From: the human T2T-CHM13v2.0 reference genome, Homo sapiens
NCBI RefSeq assembly: GCF_009914755.1
Contig: NC_060941.1
DNA: 64,000 bases
Reading direction: 5' to 3' (one strand)
Within the stretch, counting starts at the first letter, position 1. Each line of letters opens with the position of its first letter. Positions 48,440-61,206 of the stretch are shown here, piece by piece. The notes under the pieces are model-generated. The model ran no database searches and was not told the DNA's origin. It saw only the letters and a program-made list of their open reading frames with translations. The translations under genes and the position numbers were made by a program.

Positions 48440-48960
48440 GGGCAGAGATCCCGCACGGGTGGGACGGGAAGGGGGCCTGACGGGTCAGGGGGCGGGACGC
48501 GGCAGGGTCGGAGGGCGGCGGCAGGCTCCGGGACGGGGGCCCGGGCCCGTGGCTGGGGCAGGGCGCCGGCGGCCGCGGGCGCAGTCACTCACCCGCTGCG
48601 GGGCTGGCTCCGGTGCCCGCGATCGGCGGGGCTTGGCTGGGCTTGGCTGGGCTTGGCTGGGCTAACGGCCGGGACGGAGGAAGGTGGCCGACTTCCGCCC
48701 CGCGCGCGCTCGCCCCGCCTCTGGGCCCGCGTTCCCGGCAGCCTCTGCTCTGCGGCTGCGCGCGGACGGCGCGAGGGCTGCTGGGAGCTGTGGTTTGTGT
48801 TTTTTTGGGTTTTTTTTTTGTTGTTTTTTTGTGTTTTTTTTTTCCGTCCTGCGCCTGCGCGCTGGAGGAGCGGCCGGCTGGCTGCAGGCTGGAGGGGCGC
48901 GAGGGTCCGCACTGGCACATGAGGGCCGTCTTCCACCGCGTTGCGCTGGAACGTGGGCCC
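48440..48960 (-). promoter_or_regulatory. CANT1: CANT1 CpG-island promoter
   Basis: dense CpG, GC boxes, ETS/GABP motif GCGGAAGT on - at 48691-48698. Confidence 0.88.
48593..48700 (-). other. CANT1: CANT1 non-coding exon 1 (TSS approximate)
   Basis: CGG|GTGAGT donor at 48592 inside the CpG island. Confidence 0.8.
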
Positions 48961-49820
48961 AGCAGATCTTTTGGGGTGGGAGGCATTGAGGGGGGTGAAG
49001 GCTACTAGGGAGGGAAGTTCTCATTCTCCGAGCGAGGGCCCCCTTACATGGGCCTCCCGACCCTCGTAGTCTTGGGAGGCGGAAAACCGTGGGCCCCTTT
49101 CTGCCATCCTCATTCTCAGGCAGCCCCTCTCCTTGGCCCTTCAAAACAGCCGCCTCCAGAGTGCTGCTGACCAGTTGCCAAAGCCAGGATCAGGGAGGTC
49201 TAAGGCTGTAGTGTCCTGGGGTGGGGACGGTGGGGTGTTTCCCTGCAAAAAATCTGCAGTTGACAAACCTGCCAAACAAGGGTCTCTGATTTCTCCTTTC
49301 CCCTCCGTAGCCCTAGCCCCCGAGATATTTTAGGGCACTCTGTTAAAAGGCTTCCCCGGCCCCGCCCTCCTCCATCCCAAAGTTCTGAGAAAGGCCTGGT
49401 GGCCGTGGAGCCTCTGGCAGGAGAGCTTGGCAGAAGGGTGCACCAGCCCCCTGCCCATCTGCACCTTCAGCTTTCCTGCTTGATACCAGCTACTTCCCCC
49501 AGCTCTCTCAAAACCTTCCGTTCAGTAAAAGATACACAAGAGGAGGAATTCAAATTATATAAATGGTACGCAATGAAAAATAAGCCTCCCATTGCCGTTC
49601 TGTATTCCCTGCCCAGAGGCGATCACTAGATGTTATATGGTATCCAAACAAGTCATAAACACGTATCTTAAATTACCTTTAACTAAATAGAAATGTGCTA
49701 AACACTGTTATGCACTTTTGGTTTTTGATTTTGGAGAGGAGACAAACCTTTCTTGAATTCATTAATGTTTCTTGTCATGCTAAACTGAGTCCCAACCATG
49801 TCTCACATAATACTCATTAT

Positions 49821-50275
49821 TGTCAGGCCTCTGAGCCCAAGCTAAGCCATCATATCCCCTGTGACCTGCACATATACATCCAGATGGCCTGAAGCAACTG
49901 AAGAACCACAAAAGATGACATTCCACCATTGTGATCTGTTCCTGCCCCACCCTCACTGATCAATTGACCTTATGACAATACACCCTCCCCACCCTTAGGA
50001 TAATGTACTTCGTGATATTCCCTCACCCTTAAGAAGGTACTTTGTAATATTTTTCCCACCCTTGAGAATGTACTTTGTGAGATCCACCCCCTGCCCACAA
50101 AAAATTGCTCCTAACTCCACCACCTATCCCAAACCTATAAGAACTAATGATAATCCCACTACTCTTTGCTGACTCCTTTCTCGGACTCCGCCCACTTGCA
50201 CCCAGGTGAAATAAACAGTCTTGTTGCTCACACAAGGCCCGTTGGTGGAATCTCTTCACATGGACGCATGTGACA
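49821..50275 (+). mobile_element. LTR7-family (HERV-H) solo LTR
   Basis: TGTCAGGCCTCTGAGCCCAAGCTAAGCCATCATATCCCC start, GCATGTGACA end, TATAA and AATAAA inside, perfect 5-bp TSD ATTAT. Confidence 0.92.
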
Positions 50276-53200
50276 ATTATATTTGAATCTTTTATTTTCT
50301 AAAAGATCCACATGTGCCTTCCAGCTTAAGAAATAACACATTATTCCTGCATCTTTAAAACTCTCCAGGTTCTTCCTGTTCTGTACTCCCTGCTACCCCC
50401 AAGAGGTGGTAGCCACAATACTGAATGTTGTGTTAATCATTCTGTTGCCTTACTTTATAATTTTAGCACATAGGTATGTATCCCTAAACAATATATTGTT
50501 TAATTCTGTCTATTTTAACCTTTATAAAATGAAATAAAACTGTATGCAATAATTGAGAGATCCAGTGGCTCTCTCAGAGGCCTTCGAACCAGAGCAACAC
50601 CATCTTGAATAAGGGCTGGGTAAATGAGACCTGCTGGGCTGCATTCCCAGGAAATTAGGCATTCTTAGTCACAGGATGAGATAGGAGGTTACAAGATACG
50701 GGTCACAGAGACCCTGCTGATGAAACAGGATGCAGTAAAGAAGCTGGTCAAAACCCTCCAAATCCAGGATGGCAATGAAAGTGACCTCTGGCTGTCCTTG
50801 CTGCTAATTATACCCTAATTATAATGTATTAGCATGCTGAAAGACACTCCCACCAGCACCATGATGATTTACAAATGCCATGGCAACGTCAGGAAGTTAC
50901 CCTAGATGTTCTAACGGGGAAGAACCCTCAGTTCCAAGGAAATCTCCTCCCCTTTCCCAGAAAACTCATGAATAATCCACCCCTTGTTTATCATATGAGC
51001 GAGAAATAACCATAAAAATAGCCAACCAGCAGCCCTTGTGGCTGCTGTGCCCATGGAGTAGCCATTCTTTTATTGCTTTACTTTCTTCATAAACTTGCTT
51101 TCACTTTACTCTGCGGACTTGCCCCAGATTCTTTCTTGTGGAAAATCCAAGAACCCTCTCTTGGGGCCTGGACTGGAACCCCTTTCTGATAACATCTTGC
51201 TGAGAAACCATGAAGGGACAACACTGGAGAGACCTCTGACCCAAGGGAAATAGACTTCAGCACCAGTTGACCAACTTTGGGTACATGGTGGGGTATTTTA
51301 TCCAGGGTAATGGATGGAATTGGGTTAGAGGCCCAAATTAGGAGAGTTAGAGTCCCTCCTAAGACACAGGGAGTTAGAGGCCCCTCTTTGTAAAGAACAA
51401 GAATGCTTGTTCAAACTTGGGTTGAAGGCTCAACTTCAGAATGTTAGAGGCCACCCTTAGTAAGAGCCCTCTTGGTTAAAAATGGATTCAGCACTGCAGG
51501 ATGTTAACCGCCATTCTATTTGGATTAATTTGCCATGCCCTCTTTGCTGATGGCTGTGGGTGACAAGATTAGGCATGTGCAGGATCATGGGACCTGGGGA
51601 GCTTTTTTTCCTCCCCCAAAGGGGAAAACTTGAGAGCTGATGGGACTGCTGGAAAAGATCCCTTTTTGACAAGCAGCTGTCTGAACTTTTGATTCAGTGT
51701 CACTGTGATGGATGGGTCTTTCTCTGGCTTCTGTGAGCTCCTCACCTCTGCAACCCACCACAGGCAACACTCTTCTCCCTTCCCTTTCCTCTCTCTCGTT
51801 CTCGCCTTTCCCTTGTCTGTCTTCTCTGTCACTCTGGGTGATGATCTACTCTTCCATCTTGCCCAAAAACCACCTGTTGAAACTCCTGGTTGGCAGTCAT
51901 TCCGCCCCCACTTTGAATGGATTAAACACTACAGGGGCCAATGGGGGAAGTTTTGAGCCTTGCCAGGTCGATATTGGGTGCTGAGGGGGGTGGCTAGTGT
52001 CTGTGTTTTGTCAAGTGCACTTTGTTCTGGCCAGAATGGAAAATGTTGATTCGATTCCTCCATGCAACTTGTTGTGTAGCATCTTGCAAAATTGAGAGGC
52101 TTTTCCTATGGTTCCATGAAATGGAAAAGGGTGATTTTTGCTTTGCGATGTGGCTTGGCCCCCACAGTTATGGTGCTGTGAGCAGGGTCACGAGGGCTGC
52201 TTAGGGAAAGGGATCCCAGAAACCTGGCATGCTGGCAAAAGGGTAAGAATTTCTTACCAGTCAGGCCTTTGGTCTCTCTCTCTCTATGCAAACCAGTTGA
52301 GTGAATGGTAAAAATCACTGTCTCCTCTGCAAGGTTTTGATGAATGGGAAAAAGGATTTGTGAGGCTAGTCTTAGGCTGTGATGAATCTGGTGTACTTTG
52401 TGCTATGAATTTGGCTTTCTGTGTCATTCTGTCATAAAAGGGGTATCATAGGATAGAATGTGGCCCTAGGACCCCTGTAAGCCCACTATTCAAGCTGGCC
52501 CAGCAAACTGGTCAGTTGACAACTTTGCTTCAGGTCACTGAAACAAAAACTGGATGAGGATTCCCCCTCGTCTTGTTTTATGTCCTTGGGAGCTTGACTT
52601 GTGACCATGGAGGGGTATTTTCTCTTGGTCTGTACCATCCCTGTGAGTCATGTTTTACAACCAAAATATATAAAAGAGCTCTATTTAATTGGCTTAAATA
52701 AAAATAAGCACTTAAATAAAATATTTTGCCAGAAAAATTAAAATGCTAATGCCTTTTTGTTCACATGACTTTAGTCATCTTTGGAAAAGCAAGGCAGTTT
52801 TAAAGATTATTGGTAAAATAAAAATGTCTTTGAAATTTAGACATTTGGTCTAAATTAGGCAGGTCAGATACTAGGTTTACTAAACTACTTCTCTGACTTT
52901 TGATAATTGTTCAATTTACCTTCTTTGGAGCCATTAGCGTCTATGTAAGGCCTGGGAACATATGGAGTTAGCCATGCCCCTAGCTATGCTGGAAGGGGTC
53001 AGACCTTATCTGCACTTTTGTCTGGTGCCCCAAGCTCTACACCTGGTACACAAATAAAATCACTTACCAAATTTTTCGCCAAAAATAAAAGTTGCTAAGA
53101 GTTAACATTGTACCATATGTAACTGAGGTTACTGGAGGAACACTTTTACATGCACAGTGTGTAAGGAAAGTATAATGTGTGTTTGGTAAAAGATTATAAG

Positions 53201-54432
53201 AAGGCATGGGAAGGCAGGGTGTTTTTGCCTGGTTTGGAAGTTTAAAGAGTTGTTCTTAGATAGGAGAAAGCGGAAGGTCTAAGCAAGTCGTGGAAGGTTT
53301 GTGAAAGTCTAATCTTGTAAAAGCAATTCTCTGTGTTAACATATTGGCTAAAGTTAAAGGAGTATTATTTGGTTTTTCCATAAATTGAACATTGGAATAA
53401 AAGCACAACAGGGTTTTCTTAGAGCATTGGTCTACTCTTTAACAAAAAAAATTGTAAAGGGTTATAAAAGCTTTATGAAAATCTTACATTATGGTCAAAC
53501 TGATTGAAGTTAGGAAAATTTGTCTGTAAAGTTTTACTAGGAATTGAATTTGACATCAATAGTACACTCATGCAAAGATGAAATTTGGCTTTCTCTCTTG
53601 AACAAGATTTTCATGTAATATTAAAAGATAATGAAAGATTTTTGTTTACCTTTTAAATAAACTACAGGAGAAAGAAGGGAAAGAAAAGATTGTTTGAAGA
53701 GCTAAATCTTCCCTCTATCAATGAGTAAAGCCTTTTGCCTTTTTTAAATTGTTGAGTTAACATTTTGGCTAAATAAATGACTTACAGTGACCTGGAATTT
53801 TATGTTATAATATCAAGTGTTTTAAACTTTTGATATTTGACGAACTTTCCAAAATCAGATTCTAAATATGTCTTTTTCTGACCTGATTAATCATTTTAGA
53901 TGGTAAAAACCCTAAAGTCCAAAAGAGACTTATTTGGCTTATTTGGTATATTAAAATCATACAGGAAGCATTATCAAGTATGAAATGGTGTTTGGCTTTC
54001 TTTAGACCATATTTGTATAAATATATTATTGGTATGCATTCTAAAATTATGGGAAATTCCTATAATGACCTAGTGTATGTTATTGGTGACTTAGTGTATG
54101 TTATCAGTAATAATTATAATTGTTATGTAAAATTGTATGCTACAGAAGTAATGAAATTTCCTTGTCAATTGCATCTTTGACTGTGGCTATCCTAAGACTT
54201 TTTTGTCATTCAGAGACAATTATTGTCTTGTTTTAATCCTCTTCAAAAGAAGGTTTATAACCAGCTATAGGATGCTGACAATTACTCTTAAATGCGAGTG
54301 TCTGATAACTTTGGAAAGTGTGCCATTAAAATAGAGAGGAAAAAAAAGCTTCCAAGACTCTTTTGGAAAGCTAATGTGTTCTTAAATATTGAGCAAAACA
54401 GAAATTAATTGTATAGACTAATGAAAGACTGA

Positions 54433-54812
<380 letters not shown>

Positions 54813-55804
54813 AAACTTTTCTTTTGAACTCTTTACAGCTTTTAACAGTTGAGTAAAATACACTCCTGTAAACAAAATTTGGAGCATATTTCTTTCTCTC
54901 TACCTGATTTCTCCAAAAATTGAAAACTATTTGTGAGTATTCTTAACTTATGGCTATATATTAATAGTTATTTGCATAAGTGCAGTAAGAATCTGTTTTC
55001 TTTTGTAACAGGACACAATTGGAGAAATTGGGTTTTACTAAGGCTTTGAATGGAATGGCGTGCTTTCAAATATAAAAAAAACTGCCTTAAGGAATCAAAG
55101 TTGACTTATAGAGCTAATAAAAGGCCCTTGGAAAAACTGGCTTTATACCTTGTCTATGCAGTCCCTGTACAGGGTTCCTGCCATGTGGTAAGTAAAGAAT
55201 GTCACTTTGTGACAGGTTCAGGAGCCCTAAGTTATATTGGGACTTTGAGACGAGAGAAATTTACCTAACTCATACAGGTATTTGAAGGCATAAACCCATG
55301 GCTGGGCAAGGCTTTAAAAAGTCAAATATAAGATTCCTTATGGAACAAGATTCCATCAAAGCCATTTTTTTGTAAAAAGAGCCTATATGGTGAATAATTA
55401 TTCTTACTGCACTTCATGCAAATGATCATGCCAAGTATAATAAGACTAAGGTTTATTTTTCAAACAAATAAGTCCTACCATTATTTGTTTTTAATAAAAA
55501 TGGGGACTGGAGAGAGAAAAATTAGGTTTCAAAAACTATGGTACACCTGTTATTAGATTCTAGTCTCATTCATTGTTTTTTTTTTTTTTTTCTGCAGTCT
55601 AGACTGACCCTGCTTATTTCTGTGAACCAACCAGTGATCTCTGGCCATGGCTCAGAACAAATAATAGGGATGGGTAACATAAGAAATATCTGGATCAGTA
55701 TTCTAATTCAGGGCACATATTGGAATCTGTTAGCAACCCCATATCAGCTTAGTTCCAACAGTTGCCCAGTTGATGGAATGCCTTATTTAATTTATTTGGG
55801 ATAA

Positions 55805-56211
55805 AGTATTAATCCATTCTCACACTGCTATAGAGAAATACCCAAGACTGGGTAACTTATAAAGCAACAAGATTTAATGGCTCACGGTTCTGCAGGCTGT
55901 ACAGGAAGCATGGCAGCATCTGCTTCTGGGGAGGCCTCAGGGAGCTTTTAGTCATGGCCTAAGGCAAAGGGGGAGAGGCCTCTTACATGACAGGAGCAGG
56001 AGAAAGAGAGAGAGCGAGGAGGTACCATACACTTTTAAACAACCAGATCTCACGAGAACTCACCCACTATCATGACCAAGGGGGATGGGGCCAAACCATT
56101 CATGAGAAACTGCCCCAGTGATCCAGTCACCTCCCATCAGGCCCTACCTCCAACTTTGGGGACTATAATCGGACATGAGATTTGGTGGGGACACAGATGC
56201 AAACCATATCA
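55805..56211 (+). mobile_element. MST (MaLR) solo LTR inside the provirus
   Basis: agtattaatccattctcacactgctata...gagatttggtggggacacagatgcaaaccatatca; 5-bp TSD GATAA. Confidence 0.85.
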
Positions 56212-57057
56212 GATAATTTTACTTATTTTGCTTTACTATTGTGGAATATATTCCTGTTGTACTCGTTGTGTAGGAATGCAGAATAAGCTTACTCGCCGTT
56301 TTCTTAAATTGAACATTTGCCAGTCTTCCAGATATCACCTTTTGTTGGAACTCAGAGTTATGAATGGCCGTCAGTATGCTGATGCTTTCTGACTGAGTTC
56401 CTCTCTACCCTGAATACAAAAGACCTTAATAGTTAGATGAGAATATCATTACTCCTATTTAGCCTGAAGAAGCTACAGAAGGGGAATCTTCCTACCTCTA
56501 CAACCCTTAGGATTAGTGGTCCTCTTGTAAAAAGGAGGGGGGAAATATGTCAGAGGCATTGGAAGCAGAGCAACTTTAACTTGAATAGGGGCTGGGTAAA
56601 ATGATGCTGAGACCTGCTGGGCCACATTCCTGGGAGGTTAAGGCATTTTAACCTCCCGGGATCTGAGATGAGATAGGAGGTCACAAGATACAGGCCACAA
56701 TGACCCTGCTCATATAACAGGATGCAGTATAAAGGCTGGCCAAAACCTGCCAAAACCAAGATGGCAACAAAAGTGACCTCTAGTTGTCCCAACTGCTCAT
56801 TATATGCTAATTATAATACATTAGCATGCTAAAAAAACACTCCCACCAGCACCGTGGCAGTTTACAAAGGCCATGGGAACGTCTGGAAGTTACCCTGTAT
56901 GGCCTATGACGGGGAGAAACCCTCAATTACAAGAAATTCTTGCCCCTTTCCCAGAAAGCTCATGAATAATCCACCCCTTGTTTAGCATATGATCAAGACA
57001 TAACCATAAAAATAGCCAACCAGCAGCCTTTGGGGGTGCTCTGCCTATGGAATAGCC

Positions 57058-57064
57058 ATTTTTC

Positions 57065-57097
<33 letters not shown>

Positions 57098-57445
57098 TGG
57101 CACAGTGTTGCTCTATTGCCCAGGTTGGAGTGCAATGGCGCAATCTTGGCTCTCTGCAACCTCCATCTCCCACGTTCAAGTGATTCTCATGCCACAGCCT
57201 TCTGAGTAGCTGGGATTACAGGCATGCTACTTGAACAGGGGCTGGGTAAAATAAGGCTGAGACCTGCTGGGCTGTATTCCTGGGAGGTTAGGCAGGAATA
57301 GGGGTAAATAGGGGTAATTATATTTTTAGTAGAGATGGGGGTTCACCATGTTGGCCAGGGTGGTCTTGAACTGATCTCAGGTGGTCTGCCTGTCTCGGCC
57401 TTCTGAAGTGTTGGCATTACAGGCATGAGCCACTGCGTCCGGCCT
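57058..57445 (-). mobile_element. Alu inside the 3' MER41 LTR (itself interrupted)
   Basis: reverse Alu arms on either side of 57229-57316. Confidence 0.9.
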
Positions 57446-60400
57446 CCTTTACTCTCTTGATAAACTTGCTTGTATTTTACCCTGTGGACTTATCCCAAAT
57501 TCTTTCTTGCTCAAGATCAAAGAACCCTCTCTTGGGGTCTGGTTTGGGACCCTTTCCAGTAACAGCTCCACAGACATCATCAGATGGCTTAATTTTGCCA
57601 ATCTGATGGTAATCAGTGTCTTCTCCTTGCCTGATTACTGTGAGGTTGTATATCTTTTCTTACACTTTTTGGCTGTTTACGTTTCTTTTTCTGTGGATTC
57701 CCCATCATCTTGTGTGTTTTTAGGAATTGATCCATCCCATCCCCATTGATATACGTGCAATGCCAATTTTGTCATAGATCAAGTTTTCATACACACATGG
57801 GTCTTTGTCGGGTGGGCCTTCTATCATGTTGAACTAATATACTTGATCACATCTGTTCCAATACCAGTATCTTCATTATTATGTCTTTATAATAAGCCTT
57901 CCTATGATGTAGGACAAGTCCCCTCCTACCTCACCCACCTTCAACCTTCTGGGATTTTGAATGGAATTGCTTGGAATCTATAGCTTAATTGAGCGAGAAC
58001 TGAGTTTTTTTTTTTTTTAATGATATTGAGTCTTCTATCTAAGACCACGCTTTGCTTTTCCATTTCTTTGGATTTTCTTTAGTGCTTTTCAGTAAGGGTT
58101 TGTAATTTTCACTTCACAATATAGCTTGGAGATTGTTCCAGATCACATATAGAGAGCTGTTTATTCTCTAAAGAGCTACACGGTGTTCCACTGTGTGGAA
58201 TTTATTTTACCAGGCCCCTAATGATGTCCTTTGAGGGTATCTGTGCTTTTTTTATACTACGGCAATGCTTCAGAGGATATCCTTGAACTTACTTATTTGA
58301 GCACCCTTCTAAGTTTATCTGTAGGAGAAACTCCTAGAAGAAAGATTAGGGGGTCAAAGGGTATTTGCATTCTGTGAGCGAACACACCCTCCCTTCCAGA
58401 GAGGCTGTACCATAAAATCACTTTCCTTAAGGTCAACAAATACAATCAGGCTTTCATTGGATTTTCATTCTCCTTGTCTTCTTTGCATCCTCAGAGACTT
58501 CACCATAGACTCCTTTTGGAAATTCTCTTTAGTTTCTGTGGCTCTGCATAAAGGACAAGACATTCTTTATTGAATCATTCATTCATATGTTGACATGCAT
58601 TTACTCACTCATTTCATAGTTAAGTGCTTGGAACTGGGGAGTCCACCAGGGGGCCCTCCCATCTTATTTATCAAGTAAAATATTGCCTAGTCGATCAGTA
58701 TATGCCTGTCTCCATGTAACTGAAAACATTCATTGCCAAAACAGGAGAGTAAATATTCAGAGGTGAGGAAACTGAGGCATAGGGAAATTAAATGGCTTGA
58801 TAGAGTTGCAAGGCACACGTGTACATGGCCTCAGGGGAGACTTCTGTGGAAAGGCATGGCTTCCTGGAAGAGGGAACGCCCTTACCCTCCTGGTTTTCTG
58901 CAGGTGTGAGGACCATAAAGAAACCTATTCACCTGGTGTGTCCTTGCAGCTGCCAGTCCTGATCTCCACCTGTCCCAAGCTGCTCAGAACGTGGCAGCGC
59001 CATCCAGGAGCCACGAGCATGGGCCAGTGGCCAGGGAGGCTGGATCTGTCTGCCAAGTTTCCACTTTTCCATCTTAGCAGCTTCTCCGAAGCTCTGTGGA
59101 GACTCTCCCCACTCCCACCCCTTGGCAGTGGGACGTCACCATCGGAGCCGGCCGGTCGCTACCCTTGGGAACAGAATTCAAAGTTTGCAATACCAATCTC
59201 TGCCCTTGTGGGATGACTGGGCAGCCCGACCCAAAATAGCTGGGAAAGGCGGGATGTTAGGGCCGCGGTGGGAAAACTCACAGTGCTGCTAATGACATGC
59301 TGTGCTTATCTGGAACCGAGTGTCTTGCAGACTTTAACTGAGATCACATTGCTTTTTCCAGCAATAAGTAAACAGACCCAGCGAGTGGTGGTGACAGGCC
59401 CAGGGAGAGAGAAAGAATTACCAAATCAGGGAGGGCACAGAACGTGCTGCCTTCCCTGCCAGGGGTTCCAGGAAATATTTCTTCCCATTCTAGGATCTAC
59501 CCTTGACTAAGAATATGGGATGATTTGGGAATATTCAGGAAGCCTTTAGGGGTTTTGACCCAGACACCTTGTGTAGATGTGAGCTCCTAGGGAGTTTTAG
59601 GATGGGTTTGTGGGGGCTAAGAGAGAGACCTTGGGGAGGGGACTCAGTCTTTCTGGAAGTTGGCTTTGACTTCTGACCCATAATCTCAGGGCTGATGAAA
59701 TCCCCCAGGCACTGTGGCTGATTTTTATTTTTGATTTCTGTTGTTGTTGCCCAACAGGAAAGGATTTTGCCAAAGGGAAAACACTCTGCCTCTTGTTGCT
59801 TGGGGGCACCTAAGGCTGAGAAGGAAGAAAATCAGCCACTCTGCAAGGACATCCCTTGCTTGCCAAAGTTTCCATCTTTCCTACTTAAAATTACAAAGCA
59901 GAAGTGAAGTTGATGACAAAGAGCATTAGGAACCTGGCATGCTCTCTATTTTGGATTTTTTTTTTCACTTTATTGAGGACAAGCTTGTATTCTCTGGGAG
60001 CTGGCCTTGTGAGTCTTTGCCCATTGCCTGCTGCCTTGAGTTGTGAGCCATGATGGTGGCACCTAAGACATGTGCTCAGACCTCAACTCCTATTCTTTGG
60101 AAGTTCCCATGCCTCCGAGCCTTGGGTCTCACACAAGATCTTGGGAAACCCCAGGCTCTCTTTGTTACCGTTTGATACCACTCCTCCCTATCCCCAGTTT
60201 CTGCCTCAAGGAAAATGAGTAATCCCTTTTCTAATCTCCTCCTTCCCTCCTCTTCCCAAGAGGATGGAAGGAAGATTATACTTGTAATAATGGTAGTTGC
60301 AATGAACAATGTGTCTGTTCCACCAACCTTTTTATTAATCATGTGAGAAGCTACAGGTTCACAATCACTTCTCCAAAATCCCTGAAATGCAAAAAATCTG

Positions 60401-60907
60401 AAACCTTAGTTTTTCCCTAAAGTTGGCACACACAAATTTGACAGAACAATGTGGCTTGAACTATCCTGAGACTATGGATGCCTTCATCCCACTGCCGAAT
60501 ATTCAAGTGTTTAACGAAGGGGCGCTGCCCGAAGCCCACTGGGTAAGATGCTTTGTGGGATATTTGCATCTGACTCTGAACATATCTGACCTCCTTGGTT
60601 CCAGATAAGAGACCCTGGACCTATCTCTGCTTTGTAGATAAGGAAGCTAAGGCCCACTGAAGTTTGGTAGCATCCCCAGGCTGCCTCAAGGTAGGACAGA
60701 GCCGGGACAAGACCTCCTAGTAGGATGAGCCAGGTGCACCTGGAAGAGATGACCAGCCTTCAGCTGTCTTTCTAGAACTTTGCACTATATTGGGCCTCTG
60801 AGTTCTGTCTTGGAATTGTGTTAAAGATAACTGTTTTCCAGTTCTTCAACACCAAAGCCATCTTGGATGGGGTAAAGAGAAAGAATAAATATTCCATCAT
60901 CCACAAC

Positions 60908-61206
60908 TTTTTTTTTTTTTTTTGAGATGGGGGTCTTGCTCTGTTGCCCAGGCTGGAATGCAATGCCATGATTAGGGCTCACTGCAGCCTTGACCTCCTG
61001 GGCTCAAGGGATCCTCTCACCTCAGCCTCCTGAGTAGCTGGGATTACAGGTGTGTGCTGCCAAGCCCAGCTAATTGTTTTATATTTTGTAGAGACAAGGT
61101 CTCACTATGTTGCCCAGGCTGGTTTTAAACTCCTGGGCTCAAGTGATCCTCCCGCCTCAGCCTCCCAAAGTGCTGGGATTAAAGGTGTGAGCCACCACAC
61201 CCAGCC
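60908..61206 (-). mobile_element. Alu SINE (AluJ-like)
   Basis: reverse Alu. Confidence 0.92.
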
